Origin: Trichoplax sp. H2
Lineage: Eukaryota
Direction: 5' to 3'
NCBI GenBank assembly: GCA_003344405.1
Contig: NOWV01000101.1
Location: 1-64,000 of the forward strand
Length of the DNA: 64,000 bases
Made by a program: the position numbers and the translations under genes
Notes under the pieces: generated by a model
The model's database searches: none
Told to the model about the DNA's origin: nothing
What the model saw: the letters and a program-made list of their open reading frames with translations, nothing else
Part shown: positions 41,291-53,500 of the stretch, in pieces
Position numbering within the stretch: position 1 is the first letter of the stretch
How the letters are laid out: the number at the start of each line of letters is the position of its first letter

Positions 41291-44200
41291 ATTATAATTG
41301 GAGGACATTTTCAGCTTAATTATAGCTATTTTAATCTTATGGCTACGCGTTATATTCGCAAATTAACAGGCTAATGCAAGCATGATTGTCACGGTGTTAA
41401 TAAACAGTGTTAAGTATAAAGACGTGTCACAAAACAGCTTTGCAACAAGATAACGCAATATACGATCAATAAGTCAATTCCTTGAACCACGTATCAAGGA
41501 ACGATATCTGCACTATCACAAACACTTTTCCTCTACTAGCAGACTACACAAAGACTTAAACGCCTCGTATTTTACGTTAAACACTAAGTTGGACAATTCT
41601 TCTTTATTTCACGATATACTGCATTTATATACTGTTCCTCAATAGTGCATGAGTCATAGTTAATACAATTAACCTCGGAATCATTTACTGAATTAAATAT
41701 TAATTTTAGCTACTGCTCCCTTAATGCAGACAACAGTATTTACGAACATAGACATATAATGACTAATACAGAATAGTNNNNNNNNNNNNNNNNNNNNTTT
41801 ATTACATGACAAAGTTTTCAATGGTAGAATATTGCGATCAAATCTAGTAGAGTAACATCGTGGGCTATAATTATAATTGGAGGACATTTTCAGCCTAATT
41901 ATAGCTATTTTAATCTTATGGCTACGCGTTATATTCGCAAATTAACAGGCTAATGCAAGCATAATTGTCACGGTGTTAATAACCAGTGTTAAGTATAAAG
42001 ACGTTATATCGATCGTTATAAAGTTGTGAATTATAGTTGTGAATTATAAGTGTGATAGAGTGGAATAGGCAACCATACCTTAATGCTTGCTTCTGGATAG
42101 CTATAGATAGTATTGTAAATAGATATGTATTTAATGGCTCATGTAATAAAATAAAGAATCTGATTCTAATGTAAGTGTGATAAAGTAGAATAGACAACTA
42201 CACTTTATTGGTTGCCTCTGGATAGCAATACATTATAAGTAGATACGTATTTAATGATTTCTAAGAAAAAATAAAGAAATTTGATTCTATTCTTTCCGGC
42301 ATAGTACTCAGATTCTTATTTTATAATCCTAGGATAAAATGCATTCACGAAATTGATTACTTGCTTTATCCCTAACCCAGTGCCCATAGGTAGAGTTATA
42401 TTGAAAAGTAAACGAATTATTCTTATTTAGTAGCCCAAATTACTGAAGCTAATAAAAGACTCCGGCCACAGAAACGGATCCTATATCGTTCATATCTATA
42501 AGATAGTGTCATTGTTTCAGTAAATTTTTACATTTTGCTGTTATATTTCTTTAAGAGCGTTACTTACTTTCGGTCAGTCTTATTATTCAAATGTTGTATT
42601 AATCCAATTCTAGCAAGTTTAAATGTTGTTCTTCCTACTTCAATTATAATTTCTCTTTCAATTTTAAGTATTTTTAGACAATTATTAAAATGACCATTTT
42701 ACGCTTTTATTTTTGCTTCAAACAAATCACGATGACGGTAGGTAAATATTTTACTTTTAAATCTAGCTTAGGTCTTTTCAGTTGCATCATAGTAATGATA
42801 TGGATCCAATTTTGTTACATGTAAAAGCAATTTTGCTTTCTATAACCTCAATTTATTGCTCACTTTTAAACATTTTGAGCATGCAAGTATACAGTATACT
42901 ATCGTAAAGAATAGCATTATCTATGTAATTATAGGATACTATATATAACTATTTTAAGCGATATTTACCACAAGCAATACTTAAATTAACACTTTACTTA
43001 TTCGTATAGTCTAACAGCTCGTACATGTTCCTGGTAACATTTTTATAACAATAATCGTTCAGTTTTGTCTTAATACTTATGCATACGATTTAATTTAGTA
43101 GGTGACATCTCTTTCAATCCGTTAGCCTCATATTCTCTTCGTAATATCCTTATCATGGTAGCAATTTAACATAATCAAAAGTAAGAAAGTATATTTCCTT
43201 TCTATAACCTTAAATTACCTTTTGATTTTAAGTGTTTAAGTTTATATTCTGTTGATATACAATACATAATCTACGTAAGCATAAATCAGATATTTTAATC
43301 TTGCATAGTCTATACTTTATCAGTAGATCGACAGATATTTAATAGTCAATGCTGATATTTTCGCTTAAGTAAAATAAATTAGTTAGAATAAATGATACCC
43401 ACGCTTCATGCATTTACAGTTTAGAAATAAAGAGATGATAAATCGTATCTAAACCTATCAATATACCTAAAATTCCTAAAATAAATAAGTAGCATACTTG
43501 TATAGGTACCATGCAAGTACTTATTTCTTTTTTTCAGGACTAGAATCAGACAAGAACAAATACCCTTCCAAATTAGCTATTTTACGATAATGATCATTAC
43601 TTTCGTCATTTTAAAAGAAAATTGGAATAAATAGATGGCAGCCTCAGGCTATGGATTATCACTAGTTGCAACTAAATCTATACAATACCCGTATATTGAA
43701 ATTGTATTAATTTTAATAGTTACATTTCGCATCAAAAAAGCTATCTACAACCTAAAATTATTATTAATATTTCTTTATAGAAATGTATTTGCTTCTGTTA
43801 AAGGCGAAATCATCACTGATTAGTTCAGTAATTTACGTTGCAGAAAAGATTTTTTCTGAGCATTTTTTAGTCACCCTAGAAAGTTTGAAAATAAAAAATC
43901 GATAGTTTAGGAGTATACTTTAACAATATACCATGTTATTTTCGTTGTTCTCTTCCTCGTTCACTAACAAGGTTACAAAATAATTGTTTCGAAAAATCGA
44001 TGGATTATAGGTAGAAAGATCTACGTATCTCCCATTTCAATCAATATCAATAATTTTGAAAGCCATTTTAAATTTGAGTAGATTTATTATGAGGAGAATA
44101 AATACTATACAACAGATCTTGCTAGTGCATTTACGAGGGCATAATAAGCGTACGACTTAATTCTCAAAGTAAACTTTTAAAGTATGCTAAGGTAGAGAAT

Positions 44201-46959
44201 TTATTAACTTGATTAGTGAAATCTATTCTATGTAATTCTTTTGCCTTTCCTCGCAGAATCTATTTACCAAAAGTTCGTTGAATACCAGTGTTAGGTGAAT
44301 CATGAAATAACTTTACATCGACTTGAATGTCACGAATGTAATGGAATTGGTGTACATAATCCAATAGAAATATTCAATAAAGAAGAGGTCATCTGATAGA
44401 GTAAATTATCAGATTAGTTTTTCCACAAATAATAAAATATAAGTAGTTAAATGGAGTAAAGAGGTAGTAATTGTAATTATTCAGAAGAATAGAGTCACAT
44501 TATGAGACTTTTTTTATCATCGGATATTCATTACAACATTTGCCTAAGATAATGATGATTGATAGGTTTAGTTTAATATGAATAGTAGAAGGTAAATAAA
44601 AATCATAAAAAGTACATAGGCAATAATTCAGATGATGAAACAATCTCGCCGTAATGGCTAGTATAAACTATCGATTATTACTATTTCATAACGAAAATAG
44701 TAGCATCCCAAGTAGAGAATCGAGGAAAGGGTAGTAGATCTAAAATCTTTAGTTAAAAGCAATAAGAAGCTGCAATTTTATAGTCATTGCCTAAACAATT
44801 TTTCGATAAACAGTTTTCCAGTTTTTTAATGAATAAAGTAAAAGGTGATAGAAAAACTTTTATTACATTGCAATAACTGTTATAATTATTGGTAAACTTA
44901 CATTTCCATTCCTTAGAAAGTAATAGAAAGCAAGTCCAGAATTAAAGAAAAGAGCAGTTTTGAAATTTTTACTACAGTAGAAGGTGATGAGAAATCACAT
45001 CACGATAACTAGAATAATTCACCGATAATTAACATTTTTATCCTCGGCCAAGGTAGTAGAAAGCGGCAGTAAACGAGGAATGAAGCAATATTGCAACGCC
45101 AAATGTACTTTATCCTTCAATAAACATTGTCATTTTTAATGAAAGTGGCAGAATGCCGTGAAAAATCGAGAAACGGATGTTAGATGTGCAACTTTGAAGA
45201 AGTACAACAGAAAACGGCAGGCAATTTTCATCTTAAGGCCATGATAAACTGATCAATTTACCAGGTTAAAATATTACGAATACTTAGTGAAAGTGATAAA
45301 AAGGAAAGTAAATAATCAATGCAGGTAGTTACTGTAAATTCGCGATTAAAATAAGATATTACAAGACAATTTCAATTACTTTTATTAACATCAAATTATG
45401 CGATTCTATCCTCCTCATTCTTTAATATCCAAGAAATCAAAATTATTGTGGTGGTATTTTCTCCAGAGATGAAAATTTTTAAATTTATCGACTAGTTCCG
45501 TCAACGTTTATTTATAGAGATATACTCTTATACAGTACATTATATCATTATTGATGCCAATTAGTAATATCAGTACGGTTAATCCTATTGCTATTTTCCT
45601 GGCAGATTAAAAATTTTATAAATTCCTATACGTTAATATTAAGGTGTTTCGATATGGATTGATCCGTATTAGTAAGAGTAATATTCAGTTGTAAAATAAT
45701 TCCATTCAACGCGTATTCAAAACTGGTGTAATACTTATCATTCATAATATTTGCAACTGATGAGTAATAGTAAGACGGCACTGAGTCGATTTTGAGAGAG
45801 ATACTAATTACTCAACTTTATTGAGCATTTTATCACTTATTAAAAAATAGATCCAGTTCTAAATAACTATATTCAAGTTGCATTTAAAATTTAGAGAATG
45901 GTAACTATCCTTTATCGTTCTGCAATTAGCAAGCTAAACTAAAATGATACCTGTTAAAATTACCAAAATCTTCACAGAAAATACAGCATTGTTACAGGAA
46001 AGAGTAGAAAAGGTTATTCTATGAACCTGAAATACGGTGTATATTACTCTAATGGATATTCCTAGTTGCTAATTAATTCATTTATCTATACCTATATAGT
46101 ATTCGCAAATTAACGGTGCTTTGTAAATTTGTCGTAAAGTGTTCTACAAGTAACTTATGTACATATATCGTATATACGCATAGTTGTGTCAGAGCCATTA
46201 AAATAATTTTCAGCATCTCATTGATGCTACGATAAATCCTTGGATCAGTAATGCATTTAGTATCGGATTGGAAAGTCAATAGTTATAACTAATAGTAAAT
46301 CATTAAATGGACGATGAATTGCTATAGATAACTATCGTAGAAGTTTAATAATCAGAACGACGTTAGATTATTAAGAAAAATTTTCCTTGTTTTTGCTTCG
46401 CTAATATGAATCATTTTCGCTTAAGGTCTATACCACTATTAGGAAAGATGAATGAAATGTTCTAAGTCTACTAATCAAATTCTAACTGTAGTGTATTTAG
46501 AATATACTGTAACTTTATTCTACTCTTAAATATAGACATGTTGTATTGATCTAATATTTAGACATATCTACAGTCTGTTCGCTCTACACTCAAATATGGC
46601 TTACTACATTTAGTTATTACAGTCCTCGCTATTTTCTACAATCATCTGCTATTTTATAACCTGTCATGGTATATGTTGTATCTAATCCTACAATCATGTT
46701 CTCTGCATGTGTTCTAATACCTTAGCTATAAATACAGCCGTTTTCTACCTTAGATTTGTTATGTTGCATTATTAGTCACAGTTAATATTCACACTTTACT
46801 CACGGCAGCTACCACGCTGACCTACCGTAATTATCACACTGTACCTAACTACAATCTACAATAAAGTATCCTCTTTTCTTAAGCTCCTTGTGCAATTCTC
46901 TGCATGGCAACTAAAACCACATTATCTGACACTTCGAACCCTCCATCACACTAACAATA

Positions 46960-48960
46960 TCGGTAATGCCAAGACTCTAAGAAAATGCTGTAGATTTCCG
47001 TTATGGGAATAATTTTATTCATAATTAGCAGCGTTACTGTTGCCAGTAAGATTACAAATCAAGTTCTGACAACATCAGTAATGCCAAGATTCTGAGAAAA
47101 TGGCTTCAATTTCCGTAATGTAAATAACTTTATTCATAATTAGCAGTATTACTGTTGCCAGTAAGACTACAAATCAAGTTTTGACAACATCAGTAATACC
47201 AAGATTCTAATAGAATGATTTCGATTTCCGTTACGTCAATAACTTTATTCGTATAAGAGTTACTATTGCCATTAAATCAGTATCATCTAATAATAACAGT
47301 AAGGATGATGTCTAAAGTTTAAGAGAATTACTTTTCAGCTTCCATTTCATGAATAATTCCAGCCATGGTTAGTATTACTAAAGCTACGGAACATGGCAAC
47401 ATAATATTGGTCCGACAATAATTTGAAGAATGAAATATTAGAATTTAGAGAAAACTTATTGAAAATTTTAATTTCCGCTACATGAATAATTCTAATTAAA
47501 GCTTGGAAGTAAGAATTAAATGAATATTAAACTACTGTCCGAGCTATAATAGTTATGGTGATGTCGAAATTGTCGATAGATTATTGATACTTTAATTGAA
47601 AAAACAATTCTAGTCAGAGTGTGCAAGGAAGGATTGGATCTATATTTAAAATACTGCCTGACTAATAACCTTAATTGTATTGTAAAAATTTTAAGAAAGC
47701 TAATTTACAATTTCCACTAGATGAATTATTTTAGCCATTCTGAACATCGATATTGCCAAGAAAAGAATTATTTTGATCGAATAATAATAGCCAAGAGCAA
47801 TATTACAATTCGAAAAAGCAATATAAAAAATAGTTACAGTATACCATATATATAGTTTTGCTTAATGAAGTAATAGTAAATGGCTGGTATGATAAAATGG
47901 TCTACTCATATTTTGATAACTCTAGTTTTGAGTTAGTGAATTACGAACTTAACAGGGTTAAAAATTCATTCACTACAATACTAATTAACAAGAAAAGATT
48001 GAGTCAATATTAGTACATTGATCGAATAATAAGCGAAGAATAAATTCAAAATTTCGTGAAAACTACTATACTGATTCATTTCCACTTCCGCTGTGTGAAT
48101 AATTTTAGCCAGAATTTGTCAGCAGGGACTGAATCAGCATTAAAATGCTAACTGAATAAGACCATAGTTATTAGAGAAATAGAACTTTAAGAAATTGTCA
48201 TCAGTTTCCCTTACAGAAATGATTATAGTCACTTTTAACAGTACTACTGCTAAAGAAAGTAGCAGTATTGAAATACTGATCGAATGATGGCAGTAAGTAA
48301 CTTTAGAAGTTTGAGAAAACTACTGATTAATTTCTGTTACATAAATGATTTGACTGGATGGTTAATATTATTATTGTAAAGGGATGAATTACTCTAAAAT
48401 TTTGATCAAATTATACGAGTAATGTGGAGAATCATTTTTAATTTCCGATGCATGAATAATTATTCTGGATAGCTAGTATTTACAACTGCCGTAGAATAAA
48501 TTATGACTAAAGTTCTGATCAAGAGCAATAGAATTTTGAGAAATTGGCATCAATTTTCATATATAAACAATTTTAGCCACGTTTAGCATTACTACAACCA
48601 AAGCATAGGTATTAAAATGCTTATTAAATGATGGCAGTGAGTAGCTTTAGAAGTTTGAGAAGACTACTAATTAATTTCTATTGCATAAGTAATTTGACTA
48701 GATGATTAATCTTATTATTGTAAAGAGATAAATTGTTTTAAAGTTTTGATCAAGTTATAAGAGCAATGTGGAGAATTATTTTTAATTTCCATTGCATGAA
48801 TAATTTTACCGGATGGCTAATATTACAACTGCCGTGGAACGAGTTCATATTAAAATTCTGTTCAAGATTATAGAAGTACGAGTTATATCGGAATCATAGG
48901 AAATTGCTTTTCAATTTCCATCACCGAAGTGATATATTATCGGATAATTAATAGTGCTGC
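46960..48960. repeat. Long, progressively decaying tandem array with ~115-bp units
   Basis: gtaatgccaaga occurs at 46963, 47078 and (variant) 47193. The aatttcc...gaataattt motif recurs to ~48950, and a higher-order ~350-bp duplication relates ~48280-48540 to ~48630-48870. Confidence 0.8.
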
Positions 48961-49284
48961 TGGGTACAAAATGGATAAACTCCAAATCCTGATGGCTAGG
49001 GACAAAAGCATCCCAACTTTAAAAAAATCTCTCAACTTCTGAAGTATTTATCATCGTTACTGCTATTGAATTGATCAGTATTAAATCCTAATCGAACCGG
49101 TACATAAACTCAAGAATGAGTAATATAATGGCCTTGAAATGAACTCCTCTCATTGCGTTATATTAGTATCAATCCTGTTTAATCAATAGCTAGTCACTAC
49201 CGAAGAATTAATGATAGAGTGGTGTAATGCTGGGATAATTTAAATTAAATGAGAGAAAAGCGTTAGCGACATTTCTCTTTACGA

Positions 49285-49440
49285 TCAATTATGCTCAAGA
49301 TAATAAAGAAGCTCATTTTATTCATCATTTTTTCCTTGACGGTAAATTATGCTCAAGACAGTAAGGAGTTCTTTTTATTCTTTACATTTCGCTGTACAGT
49401 AAATTATGCTCAAAACAGTCAGGAATTCTTTTATTCTTTA
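49285..49440. repeat. ~57-bp tandem repeat x3 just 3' of the GPCR
   Basis: aattatgctcaa.a..a.t.a.ga.....ttttattc occurs three times. Confidence 0.8.
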
Positions 49441-49527
49441 AAAGAAAATGATCAATCTATCAATGACATAAGAGTCAACAGATAATCCTCTACAATAGTA
49501 ATCGAACGATCAATAAGTTGGTTCAGA

Positions 49528-50511
49528 TCATCTCTTTGCATTCGTATAAATCATTTTACCAACAGCTTGAAGAAATGAGGATTCATGCTGTGTATAAGTG
49601 TTACTTTTCCGACCTATTCGACGACAAAGTGCTATTATACGTGAAGTAACAAAAGCAGTCCGAATGTTATTGTTAAAGAAGCCGTAGAGAATTGGATTAA
49701 ATATAGGGTAAAAAAAGGCGAAATAACGAAAGACGGGAATAGTATTTTGGGATATGGCAGTTTTGTCACCTGCAACAGAGTAGACGAAAAAGGTAATCAC
49801 ATAAGGCAACCACATGACAGTAAAGACGGCAACAATAATAGATAGACGACGAGCAGCTTTAACATTTCTCACTTTAATCCGACAAGAATGGCTAATTTTA
49901 GCTTCCATATGTAACTTGTTTAATTGTTGATTAGCGATGTGGAAGACGTAGGTATAGCACAATAACATGCATGCTAAGGGAACGAAAAATAATAAACTAA
50001 ATACAGCGATTAGGTAATCGATTTCTGTCGTTGAATTACTCACTGATCTTTTACAATCAGGCGGTGATAATTGACGAAATGTTATAAAGGGTAAAACAGC
50101 GACGAAAGCAGGAATCAACCAAATTAAAATGATGCCTACCAATGATGCATTGATGGTTGCAAATTTGATATATTTGAATGGATACAAAATAGCAAAGAGT
50201 TTATCTAAGCTGATGAGAACAAGATGAAGATTGAGGATAGTGATAAAAAAGATACCAATCTGGGGCAAGATAGAGCAAAAGAGCCAATTTTGAGAGGTAT
50301 AATTAACAAACGCCCAACGTGGTAGAATGTACAATAATGACCAAAGGATTCCAGTTGCACACATACTTATCACGACAGTATTACTAAAGTTCCATAATTT
50401 TCGATTAAAACATATAATTCCTAACAGGATAGCGTTGACAATAATAGTTAACGTACCATTAAGTAACCAAATAATTTCATTAACAGTAAATGTGGAAGAG
50501 TTGGAATTCAT
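49528..50511 (-). CDS. Class A GPCR with atypical DKL motif; coding region in one exon (first ATG 50511, MNSNSST)
   Basis: Seven hydrophobic segments, ISLDKL.AILYP.KY (TM3/ICL2), FFVP (TM5), KAARRL..WLP (TM6) and NPILY (TM7). Confidence 0.92.
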   Translation of the reverse strand: MNSNSSTFTVNEIIWLLNGTLTIIVNAILLGIICFNRKLWNFSNTVVISMCATGILWSLLYILPRWAFVNYTSQNWLFCSILPQIGIFFITILNLHLVLISLDKLFAILYPFKYIKFATINASLVGIILIWLIPAFVAVLPFITFRQLSPPDCKRSVSNSTTEIDYLIAVFSLLFFVPLACMLLCYTYVFHIANQQLNKLHMEAKISHSCRIKVRNVKAARRLSIIVAVFTVMWLPYVITFFVYSVAGDKTAISQNTIPVFRYFAFFYPIFNPILYGFFNNNIRTAFVTSRIIALCRRIGRKSNTYTQHESSFLQAVGKMIYTNAKR

Positions 50512-53500
50512 GATATCAATGAGGATAAGGATGAGAAAATAATAGGATAGGGTACAGTCAGAGCGAAATTGAAACAAGCTGATCAACAATTGCTCAGATA
50601 ATTTTGAATATCAATGATTACAAAATTGAATTCAGTTGATCACTTACAATCTTTAAATATTAACACTGCTAGACTACAATTTGTAAATAATTGGTGTTGT
50701 TAGTAAAAATATTCAAGCTATGATAGCAATTGAACTGAATAGAGATGACTACAGAGATGAATAATTAAGAGATACAGAATGAAGATCTATGATCTTTCTT
50801 TTCAGCTGTACCGAATTAATTCTATTTAAACTTCTTTTAAAAGTTAAGTTTGTCTTACCAGCAATCGATGACTCTAGTAAAGTTGGTTGATATTATTATT
50901 TAGCTCTAACTGTAATGAATCCAATCTTATTCCAAATTTTTCCTTTAAGGTTAAAGTGTATCTTATGAACTTTTTTAAATGATTATCGTAACCTTGATGT
51001 CAATGTTGAAGTACGAGTATATATGCAACATTGCAATGATAGAAACCAGATAATGGAATGGATATAAGATACTCCATCTATTTGTAAAAGTATCTATTTT
51101 TGCTCGTAAAGATAATAATTATTATTATTTATTATTGATTGCACCTGTCAGATGGCGAGGCTAAAATTATAATTAATACATTTTGATGATTTTTTGGTGT
51201 TTCGTCTACTTGATTACTAAAGTAAAATCAACAATTAAAATTAATTTTTGTCCTTATTCAATTCTTATTAATCTACAATCATTTATTATTTTATCTAAAC
51301 ATTCTTCTTCTTGTATGCTTATATAAGGGAACTGACATCAATGTCACCATGGTATCCAATATCCATAGATTGCAAATTATTCACAATAATTTGAGGACAT
51401 TTAATTTGTTTTTTTTTCAAGTTTACCATTTAATCTAATTGAACATGGGAATATCGATGATCACCTATAATTAACCTATTCAATACTCTTCCTTCCTTTT
51501 CTCTCTATCTGTGCATGAATCTATTGGGTTTCAATAGCTGTAATGACTACTATGGTGACAGTGAATGCTTCTCATTAATAATTTCCATTGTACAAATATG
51601 TTGACCTTTTTCAGACTATTTATTTATGTATCGATACTATAATACTGAAGTTGATCGATTCAATTCACTTACAAGCATTGCAGACATGTAATAATACATA
51701 AAATTATAATTCTATTTACGTTGATGGAGTATTTTTTTAACCCTTTCCAAATGCTGTATTCAATTTTTTAATCCTGATTACACATGCTTACAGGTAACAC
51801 TTATAACTAATAAAATTAATTATGCATGAAGAAAAACTTTTGATTTTTATCCAAGATTGGAGAAATACAATGATATTGATCAATTTCTGCCTTATAAATT
51901 CTATACTAATTCGAATAGCGTCTTGATATGAATACAATCAATGTTCAACTACAGACTGTTATTATTATCGAAAGAATAGACTTTATCAATCCTTCACATG
52001 GCTAAATATCTTCCATACGGAGTTATAATCGTGAGATTAAAGTATAATAGTTACTGTGCGTATTAATTCTATGTCGCTTTCAATGTCTTTTGAAGTCAAT
52101 GGAATAATCACGCATTAGCATAACGACCTATCCATACTTTATTCTATGCTAATTTAAACGTTCACTTGATATCAAATTAGTAACCATAGGCTGTATACAG
52201 ATTAGCGTCAACATTTCTATTCTATACATTCTAAACTGGTTTAGATATTTCTAGATATCTACATAGTATTATAAACCTTCCTGTTAATTATGGCAAAATA
52301 GATTAACTCGCTCAGATATTCTTTTGCTATTGCTGCAATGATTATAAACTGTAGGATAATGATAAATTCATAAACTATTATAATAATTTCATAAATTTGC
52401 TATCGTTAAGAGAGAAAATTGCATAATATGTTCATAATTGAGAATTTCAAAATAGTAACGATGTCACGTGTGTGCATTTATGCTTCCTTTGTAATTTTAT
52501 GTAACAGATTTAGAAAGAATGAATAACAGTCAAATCTCTTTCTAGATTCAGAATTCAGGAAGTATGCAACAAAGTAGTTATTATAATATGTAAACATTCT
52601 TTCCTCATATGGTCTTGTTTAAAAATAGATTGAAATAGCGATTGATTTGCATATATTACAGGCATCATTGCAATTTAAATGTGATTTCTGTCTGATAACT
52701 AATTTGTAATACTTGCAATTCAGAATGCCCGGCAATTGCGTCCGATTTATTTATATAGTAGATATATTTATTTGTTTATTACAACGTCTTGACTACATTT
52801 AAATTGATAGAATGATGATCGTTAACTGATTTAACCAAATATTTATTTATTATTTTGAAATGAAAGAATATTTGTCAAATCGACAGTAGATCTGCTGCCT
52901 AGATTGACTCTCAAAATAAAATGCAATCATTGTTAAATTTGCACTTTCTAGATTACCATAGGCATGACTTGAAGACGATGTAAGAAGAAAGGTATAGTAA
53001 ACAAGAACAACAATATACTATTCTTTATCATCTAAAACTTTTCTTGTATTAAAAATACCACAATGATTAGAAAAATTATGCAATAAATTGCTTTAGATGT
53101 TACTTGATTTCGAATTCCGAAATTGGTATTTCTGCTCGATCAAGTCTTTAGTTTGTCATTCTCTTAATGTTGTTTGAAAGGATGAGGTACTATGAATAGG
53201 TGATTAAACTTAGAAGTTACAAGAATCTTGTTACGAAGTCGACGGTATATGTTACGATAAATCAATAAACGTATTTTCGTAATATGCGTATTACTGAATG
53301 TTACCACCAAAATATAAAAGCAATCCAGTTTCCAAACATACCTTGGCAATACGGGATATTATATAGCCAATTCGTTACTTAACTGACCGATATGAAAATG
53401 CTATTTGTCTGTGTTAGGGATAATTAGATGTTATTTAGTCAGAATTGAAAACAGTTACCCTTTCACCGCAGTTGCGCAATAGGCGATCACTAGTATCTAT

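Noticed and set aside
43144-43151. ATATCCTT (also at 2501-2508) resembling a U12 donor
   Set aside because: No matching TCCTTAAC branch site with an AC/AG end and no coding frame that requires it; 2501 lies inside a normal SNX13 intron.
42689-43823. Exon-like pieces and a 62-aa ORF on the plus strand
   Set aside because: I could not assemble a phase-consistent open model and recognised no protein motif.
50512-50589. N-terminal extension of the GPCR in the ORF track (likewise 12563-12574 for GT31)
   Set aside because: These rely on TTG/GTG starts, which are not expected in an animal nuclear gene; the first ATG was used instead.
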